Positions 35,600-45,613 of a stretch of DNA of 64,000 bases are shown here, piece after piece. How positions within the stretch are numbered: the stretch's first letter is position 1; each line of letters opens with the position of its first letter. The DNA comes from Anaerolineae bacterium (lineage in GTDB: Bacteria; Chloroflexota; Anaerolineae; Epilineales; JAHCIE01): the NCBI GenBank assembly GCA_046328535.1, contig JAXLWJ010000031.1, forward strand, positions 109 through 64,108, read 5' to 3'. Both the position numbers and the translations under genes were made by a program. The notes under the pieces were generated by a model that was not told the DNA's origin, did no database searches, and saw only the letters and a list, made by a program, of their open reading frames with translations.

Positions 35600-35621
35600 G
35601 AGACGCGCCATGGCGCGTCTC
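35600..35621. repeat. family-N perfect palindrome GAGACGCGCCATGGCGCGTCTC
   Basis: Second, longer copy at 60934-60965. Confidence 0.8.
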
Positions 35622-35636
35622 TACTAGGAGGATACC

Positions 35637-38600
35637 ATGCCATCACTAAAGAGAGCTTTCGCAAATCTCAAACGTTTCGGACAATGGCTCCCGTTGCTGA
35701 CGCTTCTCATCGCCGCCGGCCTGCTCGGCTTCCTGCTCGCCCTGCCCGCCGTCGCCGGTCCCGCCGCCCAGGAACCAGCGGCCTTCCACGGGCAGGGCCG
35801 TGTGAGCCGGCCAATCACGCTGGACCATCCACTGCCGTCGAGTCCCGTGTTGAAGCTCCCGCTCAAGGCGGACGACTGGACGGTGCTGCTCGACGAGAAT
35901 TTCGACGGTGTCTGGCCGAACGGCCTGTGGTCAACGCGGGATGCCAACGGCGCGACGGGCGGGGAGTACTACTGGGCGAACCGCTGCGCCAACGGTGCGA
36001 ATCACCTCAACTGGGCGATAGGGGGTGGAGGGAACGGTTCGACCCTGCCGTGCGACGGTCCCTATGCCGCAAACACCAACTCGTGGACGTTTTACGGTCC
36101 GATTGACTTGACGAATGCCACGGCCGGCCTGCTCTACTACGACTACTGAACGGCGAGCTGGTGCTCTGGCGCCAACTGCTCCGGTGGGGCAGACTATCTC
36201 AAGGCTCTCGTTTCGATTGACGGTTACAACTTCTACGGCCACTGGACGGCCGGCCATAACGCGGATTGGTCGCCCTACTGCGGGCGCGACCACCTTGATC
36301 TCAGCAACATTGACGGCGCCGGTACGAGCGCTCTCGGCCACTCGCCGGTGTGGGTCGCTTTCGTTTTCCAGAGCGCCAGCGCCGCGACGCGCCCCAACGA
36401 CTTTGGCGCGTACATTGACAACGTCCAGCTGACCGTCAATACAGTGGAATGCGCGGCGACGGCGACGATCAACACCCTGACGACGGACACGCACTGCTAC
36501 GTCCCCGGCGCGACCATTGGCGCGTTCATCGCCATCGGCAGTCCATCTAGCCAGTCGGTGCGTGTCGAAGCCGACCTCTGGGCCTCCGGCGGCGACACGA
36601 TCTGGGGCCACGCCGAGCGCACCGTGACCGCGCCCGGCTCCCTGGTGCTGCCGGTGCCCATCACGAGCGCGCCCGCGCCGTTCCCCGGCGACTACGACCT
36701 GATCGTGAGCGTCTACGACGCCAGCGGCGCCTGTCTCCAGGACACCAAGAAGGTCACGGTGCGTGTGAACCCGACGTGCGGGTCGGTGACGCCGCCCATC
36801 TCAGTGACGCCGACACCGACACTGACAGTGACATGGACACCGACGCGCACCGTCACACCGTCGCCGTCGGTGACGCGAACGCCGACGCCAACCGCCAGCT
36901 TCGGACCGACGCTCTGCCCCGGCCAGTCGGCGCACGAGACGAAGCACATCTACTTGCCGCCCGCGCCGGGGCGCGCCGACATTGTCTTCGCCTTCGACGC
37001 CTCGGGCAGCATGCGCAATGAGATTGGCGCGGCCCAAACCAACGCCATCGGGATCATGAATGACCTGGCCGCCCTGATCCCGGACGTTCAGTTCGGCGTC
37101 ATGGACTTCCTCGACTACCCCAGTGACCCCTATGGCGGGACCAACGACCACGCCTACTTGTTGCGCCAGGCGGTCACCGGCAATCGCGCCGCCGTTCAGT
37201 CGGCCATCAACGCGATTACGACGGGCTATGGCGGCGACGAGCCGGAGGCCTACACCCGCGCCCTCTACGAAAGCTACTCCGACGGGGCCATCGGTTGGCG
37301 GCGCGACGCCCGACGCTTCGTGATCATGTTCGGCGATAGCGTCGCCCACGACGACAACCTGAATTACGGTGTCCCCAGCCCACCCTATCACGCCGGCGCG
37401 ACCTGGCGCACCGGCTACGCGCCGAGCTATCTCGATCCGGGGCGAGACGGAGTCCCCGGCACCGGCGATGACCTGGACCTTCAGACGGTGCTGCGCGGCA
37501 TGGAGGCCAGCGGCGTCACGCTGCTCTTCGTGGTCCCCAATCACTACGCGCAGATATTCCCCGACCTGCCATCGGCCAGTGTGGACACCCTCTACGCCTA
37601 CTGGCAGTGGTGGGCCGACCAGACCGGCGCGGGCGGGGACGCGGTGAAGCTGGCGAACGCGGCGGACCTGCCGACGGCGATTCGGAACCTCGTGACGTCG
37701 GCGAGCAGCCGCATCTCGCGGCTGGAATTGCTGACCGATCCGCCAGACTACCAGTCGTGGCTGACCGTCAGCCCGCTGGCCTACACCAATCTAGTGATTC
37801 CGCCATCCGGCTTGACCGTTGATTTCGAGGTTGACATCCGTGTCCCGCCGGGGACGGCCGTCGGGCGAGACTACGCCTTCGCCGTGCGCGCTATCGGCGA
37901 CGGCGCGGTCTACGGCGGTCAGGGTGTTGTTGTTCATGTGCCCGCGAACTGCATCACGGTGACGCCGACGCGAACGGCGACCCCGACGGCGACGTGGACG
38001 CCCACGCCGACCGTGACGCCGACCTGTGTGCCGCCCAGACCCTCAGTCGTGCCAGAGTGTCCGCCGAACAGTGCGCCGAATGCCATCCGCAACCCGCACT
38101 TCTACGACGGCAACCGCAGCTGGGGCGAGTACAGCCGGCTTGGGCGCGAGCTTGTCGAGACGAGCGACGACCGCGCCGTCTTCGAAGGGCCGCCGGGGGT
38201 CGCTACCCACGAGCTACTGTATCAGATGGTCAGCATTCCGCTGGACGCGCAGAGCGTCAGTTTCTGGGTCGGCGACCACGGCGGGTTTGCGTCGTGGTGG
38301 GGCAGCGGCGACCCGCAGCAGATTCCGGCGAATGAGCCGAACTTCCTGCGCGCCTCGATCTACGACATGACGCTGACCACGGAGCTGGTGCGCCTGTGGC
38401 AGGTCAGCCTTGTGCGGCAGCCGGGCTGCGATCAGGACGCGCCGACCTACAACCTGACGGCCGATGATCTGGCGCTCGTGCGCGGCCAGACGGTCGCCGT
38501 CGTCTTCGAGTTCCAGAAGACGACCACCGTCTACAACTTCACCGCCGGCGGCTACGCGGACGATATCCACCTGCACGTTTGCTCGCCGAGCGGGCCGTGC

Positions 38601-40481
38601 CACGTCAACCGCGACAAGACGGCCAGCCCGACGACGGTGCAGCCCGGCGGCGAAGTCACCGTGTTCCTCGACCTGGCGGGCCTGGATGGCGCGTGCCTGC
38701 CGGCGCGCCAGCCGGTGGATGTGATGCTCGCCATGGATCGGTCCGCCACAATGGCCGGACTCAAGCTCGCGGCCGCCAAGACCGCGGCGAAGGGCTTCTT
38801 GGACCGGCTGGACATGGCGACGGACCAGGCGGGGCTTGCCTCGTTCGATAGCTCGTCGGGGCTTCTGGACGCGGCTCTGACATCGAGCCTCGGGCCGGTT
38901 CGCGCTGCCATTGACAGTCTGGTGGCGGGCGGCACGATCAGAGACATGACCCTCGGCATCAACATCGCGCAGTCTGAGCTGGCCGGCCCGCGCCACCGGA
39001 CCGGCGCCACGCCGATCATGATCATCCTCAGCGACGGTCGTCCGACCACGACTGATGCGCGGACCGCGGCAGCGGCCGCGAAGGCCGCCGGCACACGCAT
39101 CTTCACCATCGGCCTGGGCAACAACGTGGACGCGAGCCTGATGCGCGACGTGGCCTCCTCGCCGACCGACTATTACTACGCGCCGGACGCGGCGGGCCTC
39201 GACGCCGTCTACCAGCAGATCGCCGGCGCCATCGGCGGCGCGCCCGCGACGAACATCGTCATCACGGACCGGCTGTCGCCCTACGTGACCCTGGTCCCCA
39301 ACTCCTTCAGCGGCGCGCCGCCGCCGAGCGTGAGCGCCGACGGCAAGACGCTCACCTGGCGTATTCCGCGCCTGGGCCTGGAGACGCGGCGCTGGAGCTA
39401 TCGCGTCACGATGACCCAGACGGCCGGTACGTGGCCGACGAACGACTACGCCACGGCGACGTACACCAACTCGCGCGGCCAGCCGGGCAGCCTGACGTTC
39501 CCGATTCCGCAAGTGACCGTCCTTCCACCGGCGGCCAAGAACCCGCAGGTGATGTGCAAGGACTATCCCTCCGATAGCGGGCGCGTACCGTCGAACCCGA
39601 ACGGCGAGGCGTGGTGGGATAGCCCCGACATCTGGGTGCGCAACGGCCCCGACGGCGTGGAGATTCACCAGAATCCCATCGCCGGACAGCCAAACACCGT
39701 CTATGTCCGGGTGCGCAACATCGGCGACGCGGGCGTGAACGATATCCGGGTGCATCTGTACGACGCGCCCGGCGCGTCCAATATCCGCTGGCCGGATGAC
39801 TGGGTACCGGAGATCGGGTCGGCCACTATCCCGCTGCTGGCCGTCGGTCAGAACGGCATCGTCGCCATCCCGTGGACGCCGACGAACGAGGGCCACTACT
39901 GCTTCCTGGCGCGCATCGAGGCCCCGACCGACCCGATCACCGCCGACGGCTGGGTCCCCTTCGACAACAACCTGTGCCAGAAGAACACGCAGATCATCGG
40001 CGGCGGCGCGTCGAGTGGCGCGGTGAGCGTCGGCAACGCCAACCACGGGAGCGGCTACGGCTCAGCCACGATCAGCTCGCCGCCGGTAGCGCCCGGCACG
40101 GGCGTCCGCGCGACCTTCACGGACCCGACGGTGTTCAACCGCTGGCAGGGGGCCGGCGGGACGGTCACTGGCGGGGCCGTCATTCCCGGCACGACGTCCA
40201 TCCAGCTCGGCACAACGCCGACGTCGCCGATGTGGGTGATGGGGCAGGAGTCGCTGGTGGGCGACGCGGCGGCGGTGGTGAGCGCGACCATTGACCGCAT
40301 CCCGTTCGCCGGCGACGAGAAGACGCAGATCGTGTTCGACGTCTCGACGCCGGCCGGCGCTGACCCGCCGACGCTCACCGTGACGCAGTACGTGGATGGG
40401 CTGGCGGTCGGCGGCAACGTGCTGCGGCCGCAGGCGCAGCCGATGATCTACCTGCCGTTGCTGACGATGCGCGGGCCGTGA
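35637..40481 (+). CDS. giant secreted protein (2 vWA domains, Thr/Pro linkers) interrupted by one in-frame TGA at 36147-36149
   Basis: TAGGAGG RBS + signal/TM (WLPLLTLLIAAGLLGFLLALPAVAG) only at 35637; 35637-36149 and 36150-40481 share one frame with no other stop; MIDAS motifs DASGSM (about 36990) and DRSATM (about 38740). Confidence 0.7.
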
Positions 40482-40770
40482 GGCATCCCTCCATCCCCCG
40501 GCCCTTCCTCCCAGAACGGGAGGAAGGGGGGTCAGAAAACTTCTCCCGCCCCTCTCCCATTTTGGTTCAAGGGTGGACAGGCGCGAGTTTGGGGCGATCT
40601 TGTCCCATTTCTGGCCCCCCTCTCCCTGTGGGAGAGGGTTGGGGTGAGGGTCTTGAAACCTGGCGAGCCTCTTAAGACCCTCACCCAGCCTCTCCCAGTG
40701 GGAGAGGGGCCAGACCTTTCCGCCCCTGAACCCATTTTGGGAGAGGGGACGGGGGTGAGGGACAAAGACG
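40482..40770. repeat. family-P hairpin cluster (at least 5 hairpins) between convergent genes
   Basis: 40486-40570 is an inverted copy of 29869-29955; GGGTGAGGGTCTT...AAGACCCTCACCC (40640-40686); CCTCTCCC-agt-GGGAGAGG etc. Confidence 0.75.
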
Positions 40771-40820
40771 CGCCCAGTGGGCCATGGTTCGCTGGGCGCG
40801 TGGATTCCGACACGTAACGA

Positions 40821-41207
40821 TTATGAATATTCAGATGACGCCGTGAGTAGTGGAAGACGGTGAACTCGGATACGTCCGCGATGGACGGTGACAAGCGCGC
40901 CCGCGTCGAGGTCGGTTCCACACTGCTCGATGACGTACAGAAGTAAGGCGACTAAAGCAGGACCGCGCAAACTCTGGAGTCTGACTCGGATGACCGAGGG
41001 GGTAGTGTGACCTGCGAGAGCCATTAGGGTGTGGAAATCCGCGTCCAGCGTGACCACGACGCGAGTCTCTTCACGCGCCTTTGCCAGTATGACGATATCC
41101 TCAGCCGTTGCATAGCCTATATCGCCAACATGGACAGTATCAATACCCGCTTCGTTGAGCAGCCTCACCGCCGAACGTGGTAGACCCTGGTCAAGAAGCA
41201 GCTTCAT
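40821..41207 (-). CDS. DUF5615/Mut7-C-like PIN-fold putative toxin
   Basis: MKLLLDQGLPRSAVRLLNEAGIDTVHVGDIGYATAEDIVILAKAREETRVVVTLDADF. Confidence 0.65.
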   Translation of the reverse strand: MKLLLDQGLPRSAVRLLNEAGIDTVHVGDIGYATAEDIVILAKAREETRVVVTLDADFHTLMALAGHTTPSVIRVRLQSLRGPALVALLLYVIEQCGTDLDAGALVTVHRGRIRVHRLPLLTASSEYS

Positions 41208-41436
41208 ACGTCAGCGGGAGGTCAATGATTTCATCGTCGAGGGTGCTGGCGGCGTAAAGCAGGGCCTGGCGAATGTCCTCTTCTTCCAGCTCTGGGTATT
41301 CCTGAAACAGTACATCTCTCTCTGGATAGATAGCAAGCATCTCGACGACGCGACGGACCGTCAAACGCAGATTGCGCACGCAGGGTTGCCCGTTCAGGCG
41401 GGCGGGATTGACGGTAATTCGGTCAAGCGCCATCAT
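41191..41436 (-). CDS. DUF433-type putative antitoxin
   Basis: MMALDRITVNPARLNGQPCVRNLRLTVRRVVEMLA...EEDIRQALLYAA; overlaps downstream PIN-like gene. Confidence 0.65.
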   Translation of the reverse strand: MMALDRITVNPARLNGQPCVRNLRLTVRRVVEMLAIYPERDVLFQEYPELEEEDIRQALLYAASTLDDEIIDLPLTYEAAS

Positions 41437-41555
41437 GCCTCCTTCGTTCACGTCACACCCTCGAAGTATAGCCTGGTCCAGCCGCAGTGGCAACGCCCGC
41501 AGGAAACGTGTAGTAGCGACTTAGAATCTTAACTGTTTAGCGCAGCAATCGGATT

Positions 41556-41570
41556 GTCATGCTGAGCGAA
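41556..41570. repeat. family-G half unit (GTCATGCTGAGCGAA) abutting family-S copy C
   Basis: Unit is interrupted where copy C begins. Confidence 0.5.
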
Positions 41571-41721
41571 TGCGAGGCCCGCACGACGCTCGAAGCGTCG
41601 CGCTACTGGATGGAAGCCCAAGGGGCTGAGAGGGAGCCTCCCAGGCTTACACGTCGTAGCCTGCCCGTTCTACGGGCAGGCGGGCTTGGGTAGCCGACGA
41701 GGTCCGATGTCCTCGCACTAG
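41571..41721 (-). repeat. family-S structured element, copy C (shorter, inverted)
   Basis: Reverse complement aligns to A/B from CTAGTGC.AGGACA through GCGTCG.GCGGGC; about 87 nt 3' of the ATPase stop, sense to it. Confidence 0.75.
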
Positions 41722-41722
41722 G

Positions 41723-41748
41723 GGACGCTTCGCTCCGTTCAGCGTGAC
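41723..41748 (-). repeat. family-G unit GTC-ACGCT-GAACGGAGCGA-AGCGT-CC
   Basis: Read as reverse complement of ggacgcttcgctccgttcagcgtgac. Confidence 0.7.
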
Positions 41749-41808
41749 AGCCAGGAATTGCGGCGATAATTGGTGAAAGTTCATCAGTCGTCACTACATC
41801 GAATTCGG

Positions 41809-44202
41809 TTAGGCGTGGCGGGCGACGGGTTGCGCCGGCGCGCCGGCGGCGTTCGCCGGCGCGTGGAGCTTGGGCTTGTAGTTCAGCAGGCGCAGGCCGT
41901 TCAGGACGACGATGACCGTGCTGCCCTCGTGGCCGATGACGCCCAGCGGCAGCCCGATCACGCCGACGAACGTGGACAGGATGAGGATGACGATGACGCT
42001 CAGGGCGAAGGCGAGGTTCTGCTTGACCACCCGCGTCGCCTGCCGCCCCAGGGCGATGGCGTAGGGCAGCTTCATCAGGTCGTCGGCCATCAACACCACG
42101 TCGGCCGTCTCCAGCGCCACATCTGATCCCGCCGCGCCCATGGCGATGCCGACGGTGGCGGCGGCCAGGGCCGGCGCGTCGTTCACGCCGTCGCCGATGA
42201 CGGCGGCGTCCCCATACTGCGCCTGGAGCGCTTTGGCGAGGCGCACCTTGTCGGCGGGCAGCAGCTCGGCGTGGACCTCGTCCACGCCGGCCTGGCGGGC
42301 AATCGCTTCGGCGGCGCGGCGGTTGTCGCCGGTGAGCATGACGACCTTCTGCACGCCCAGCCCCTTGAGCGCCGCAATCGCGGCGACGGCCTGGGGCCGT
42401 ATCGTGTCGGCGACGGCGATGAGGCCGAGGGGCCGGTCCGCGCCGACGGCGACCACGGTCTTGCCCTGGCTCTCCAGGGTGGCGAGCTGCGCCAGCGCGC
42501 CTTCGCCGATGGTGGCCCCCTGCTCCGCCGCCAGGCCCGGCTTGCCGACCCAGACGACCCTGTCGTCCACCGTGCCGAGGATGCCCTGGCCGTGGAGCGC
42601 CTTGCCGTCCTTCGCGGCGGGGACCGGCAGGCCCCGGTCCCTGGCGGCATTGACGACGGCGGTGGCGATGGGATGCTCGGACAGGCCCTCGACGGCGGCG
42701 GCCAGGCGCAACACCTCGTCCTCGGTCGCGCCGTCGAACGCGACGATGTCCGTCACCTTCGGCCGGCCGTAGGTCAGCGTGCCGGTCTTGTCGAAGGCGA
42801 CGACCTTGATGCCGGCCGCGTTCTCCAGGTGCGCGCCGCCCTTGAACAGGATGCCGTTGCGCGCGCCGTTGGCGATGGCCGACAGGAACGACGCCGGCGT
42901 CGAGATGACCAGGGCGCACGGCGACGCCACGACCAGCAGGGTCATCGCGCGGTAGAAGGCCGTCGAGAAGTCCTGGCCCAGCACGAGCCAGGGAACGACG
43001 ATCATGATCGCCGTGACCGTGACCACACCCCAGGCGTACTTCTCCTCGAAGGTCTCGATGAACCGCTGCGTCGGCGACTTCTCGCTGCGCGCTTCCTCCA
43101 CCATCTGCACGATCTTCGCCAGGGTGGTGTCCTGGGCTGTCTTGGCGACGCGCACCTCGAGCGCGCCGGAGCCGTTCAAGGTCCCGGCGAATACCGTGTC
43201 GCCGGTGTCCTTGTCCACCGGGACGGACTCGCCGGTGATGGCGGCCTGGTCCACCGCCGACTGCCCGACGACGATGGTCCCGTCGGCCGGGATCTTCTCG
43301 CCGGGGCGGACGAGTACCATGTCGCCGACGGCGAGGGCCTCGACCGGGACGACGCGCTCCTCGCGGGCGCCGTTGACCAGGCTAATGCGCGTCGCCTGCT
43401 GCGGGCTGAGGTCCATCAGGGCGCGGATGGCGTTGCGCGTGCGGCCAAGGGCGTAGTGCTCCAGGGTGTTGCCCAGGGAGAAGAGGAACAGCAGGACTGC
43501 GCCCTCCTCCCAATGGTCAATGGCCGCCGCGCCGAGCGCCGCCGCCACCATCAGGAAGTCCACGTCGAGGGCCAGGGAGAAGAGCGCCTTGATGCCGTTC
43601 TGCGCGGCGTAGAAGCCACCGGCGATGTAGGAGCCGATGAAGAAGGCGAGGGCGAGGTTGTGGGGGCCGCCGAGCCACTGGGTGAGAAGTCCGCCGACCA
43701 GGCAGACGCCAGCCACCGCCGTCAGGAAGGCGTCGCGGTGCTTGACCCAGACCGGCTCCTCCTCCTCGTCTTTCGTGCGCACGTGGTAGCCCATGTCGGA
43801 GACCTTGCGCTCGATCTCGGCGGGGGTGACGTCGGCCACGTCGTATTGCACGCCGAGGACGCCGGCGGCGGGGTTGGCCGAGGCGTGGACGATGCCTGGC
43901 ACAGCCGTCAGGCCGTGCTCCAGGCGCAGGGCGCACTGGTCACACGTCAGCCCGGTGACGCCCATGGCGCACGCCTGGAACTGGCGGCCCAGGGTGATGC
44001 CGAGGTCATCGGCGACGCCCTCGACGGTCACCAGCGAGGCGCGCTCAGGGTCGTACTTCAGGGTCAGCACCGAGCGGCTGGCGTCGAGTTGGGCGCCGAG
44101 GATGCCGTCGTTGGTGGTCAGGGCCTCGATGAGGGCGTCGGCGCAGTAGTGCGGCTCTTGCTCCGGCATCGTGACCGGGATAGCGATTTCTTGCGTTTTC
44201 AC
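41809..44202 (-). CDS. heavy-metal translocating P1B-type ATPase (SPC / HEGST signature, N-terminal HMA domain)
   Basis: DKTGTLT, TGES, GDGVNDAPAL; TM motif VVASPCALVISTP; HEGSTVIVVLNGLRL; HMA with CDQC. Confidence 0.9.
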   Translation of the reverse strand: MKTQEIAIPVTMPEQEPHYCADALIEALTTNDGILGAQLDASRSVLTLKYDPERASLVTVEGVADDLGITLGRQFQACAMGVTGLTCDQCALRLEHGLTAVPGIVHASANPAAGVLGVQYDVADVTPAEIERKVSDMGYHVRTKDEEEEPVWVKHRDAFLTAVAGVCLVGGLLTQWLGGPHNLALAFFIGSYIAGGFYAAQNGIKALFSLALDVDFLMVAAALGAAAIDHWEEGAVLLFLFSLGNTLEHYALGRTRNAIRALMDLSPQQATRISLVNGAREERVVPVEALAVGDMVLVRPGEKIPADGTIVVGQSAVDQAAITGESVPVDKDTGDTVFAGTLNGSGALEVRVAKTAQDTTLAKIVQMVEEARSEKSPTQRFIETFEEKYAWGVVTVTAIMIVVPWLVLGQDFSTAFYRAMTLLVVASPCALVISTPASFLSAIANGARNGILFKGGAHLENAAGIKVVAFDKTGTLTYGRPKVTDIVAFDGATEDEVLRLAAAVEGLSEHPIATAVVNAARDRGLPVPAAKDGKALHGQGILGTVDDRVVWVGKPGLAAEQGATIGEGALAQLATLESQGKTVVAVGADRPLGLIAVADTIRPQAVAAIAALKGLGVQKVVMLTGDNRRAAEAIARQAGVDEVHAELLPADKVRLAKALQAQYGDAAVIGDGVNDAPALAAATVGIAMGAAGSDVALETADVVLMADDLMKLPYAIALGRQATRVVKQNLAFALSVIVILILSTFVGVIGLPLGVIGHEGSTVIVVLNGLRLLNYKPKLHAPANAAGAPAQPVARHA

Positions 44203-44220
44203 GATGATGCTCCTCAGCCG

Positions 44221-44688
44221 CTATGAACTCGACATCTTCGCGCGGCAGGCGGCGCAGACGCCGAAAAACTCGATGTGGCCGCCGCGCAGCTCGAACCCGG
44301 TCTCGGCGGCGGCGTCCTCGACCCAGGGAATGCTCAGGCCGGTTGTCTCGTCCGGTCCGTCCGGATCGTCCATCACCGGGTGAATGTCCATCACCTGGCC
44401 GCATATCTGGCACACCAGGTTGATGTGGGGCTGGAGATTGGCCTCGAACCGAGCGCCGCCGCTGCCGAAGCCCGTCTCGACGACCTCGCCCATGTCGCGC
44501 AGCATCTCTAGCGTCTTGTACACCGTGGCGAGGCCCATCATGGGGTAGCGCGGGCGCACCTGCTCGTACAGCTCGTAGGCGGTCGGGTGGGCGCGGCTAA
44601 GCGCCAGCGTCTCGACAATCGCCAGGCGCTGCGGCGTCAGCTTGTACCCCTGGGCGCGCATGCGCTCCACCACCGAAGTCACATCCAT
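44221..44688 (-). CDS. Fur-family metalloregulator
   Basis: LTPQRLAIVETLA...HPTAYELYEQV...GLATVYKTLEML; CQIC ... CAAC metal site; 18 nt upstream of ATPase gene. Confidence 0.85.
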   Translation of the reverse strand: MDVTSVVERMRAQGYKLTPQRLAIVETLALSRAHPTAYELYEQVRPRYPMMGLATVYKTLEMLRDMGEVVETGFGSGGARFEANLQPHINLVCQICGQVMDIHPVMDDPDGPDETTGLSIPWVEDAAAETGFELRGGHIEFFGVCAACRAKMSSS

Positions 44689-44742
44689 CGAACACTGCCC
44701 TGCTCTCGTCTCGAATAAACACGATCTCAATAATCAAAAGTA

Positions 44743-44766
44743 GCTAATAATCATTCTTAATTATAG
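44743..44766. promoter_or_regulatory. Fur-box-like AT-rich operator upstream of the fur-ATPase operon
   Basis: gcTAATAATCATTCTTAATTATag resembles GATAATGATAATCATTATC; only AT-rich patch in the gap. Confidence 0.45.
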
Positions 44767-44814
44767 CAAGATGTGGGCCATCTGTCAATAGGCGTGAGGC
44801 TGGAATGAGGGGAG

Positions 44815-45492
44815 TTAGTCCTGGCGCTTGTCTTGGTCGCCCGTGACGTAGGTGGCGACGGCGACGCTCTTCCAGTTGTACCGGATCGTGACCATACGAG
44901 CGATGAAGAAGGCCGTGATCGTGATCCATGCCGCCCAGTTGGCGTCCATGCCATACACCCGGGCGAGGCCCAGGTACAGTAGACACGCCAGGAACACATA
45001 GAAGGTGCTGAACTGGCCGGGTTGCAGCAGGACCGGCACCCGCATCGTCATCATGTCGCGCAGGATGCCGCCGCCGACGCCGCTAATGATGCCGATGAGA
45101 AGCACGCCGGGCAGCGAGAGCGGGGCGACCAGCCCAAGCTGAAGGCCGACGATGCAGAACGCCGGCGTGCCGATGGCGTCAATGTAGCTGATGACCTTGT
45201 CCAGGTACTTAACGCGCAACACGAAACGGCCTAGCAGCAGGATCACCAACACCGCGATAGATACGATCGCCAGGTACATCGGTTCGGTGGCGACGACGGG
45301 CGGGCGGTTGAGGAACAGCCCGTCCCGAATGATGCCGCCGCCGAAGGCCGAGACCAGGGCGATCACGAAAACGCCGACCTCGTCGAAGCCCTGGCGGACG
45401 CCGACAATCGCGCCGCTCAACGCCCAGGCGAACGTGGCGATCAGCTCGAGAAATAGCGGAACGTTGAACTCGTATGCGCCAAAGGGGGTCAT
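44815..45492 (-). CDS. TRIC/UPF0126-family cation channel membrane protein
   Basis: Two UPF0126 repeats: ALSGAIVGVRQGFDEVGVFVIALVSAFGGGIIRD and ..ISGVGGGILRD. Confidence 0.8.
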   Translation of the reverse strand: MTPFGAYEFNVPLFLELIATFAWALSGAIVGVRQGFDEVGVFVIALVSAFGGGIIRDGLFLNRPPVVATEPMYLAIVSIAVLVILLLGRFVLRVKYLDKVISYIDAIGTPAFCIVGLQLGLVAPLSLPGVLLIGIISGVGGGILRDMMTMRVPVLLQPGQFSTFYVFLACLLYLGLARVYGMDANWAAWITITAFFIARMVTIRYNWKSVAVATYVTGDQDKRQD

Positions 45493-45613
45493 AAGCCTGC
45501 TGTTCTCCGCGTCGGGTTAGCCGAAGCGTAGCAAGTATCTTCATCCGACGGGAGAATGTCAAAGACTCTTGACCCCGCCTGCCTGCCCCGCTATACTGGG
45601 CCTACCACTCTCT

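Noticed and set aside
36147-36200. Selenocysteine insertion at the in-frame TGA
   Set aside because: I could not find a convincing SECIS-like stem-loop immediately downstream (only a 4-bp GAGC/GCTC stem), and no Sec machinery is in the window. The protein context favours Trp. Kept only as a low-probability alternative in the finding.
42271-44226. 651-aa plus-strand ORF opposite the P-type ATPase
   Set aside because: Shadow ORF. The minus strand carries DKTGT, TGES and GDGVNDAP motifs.
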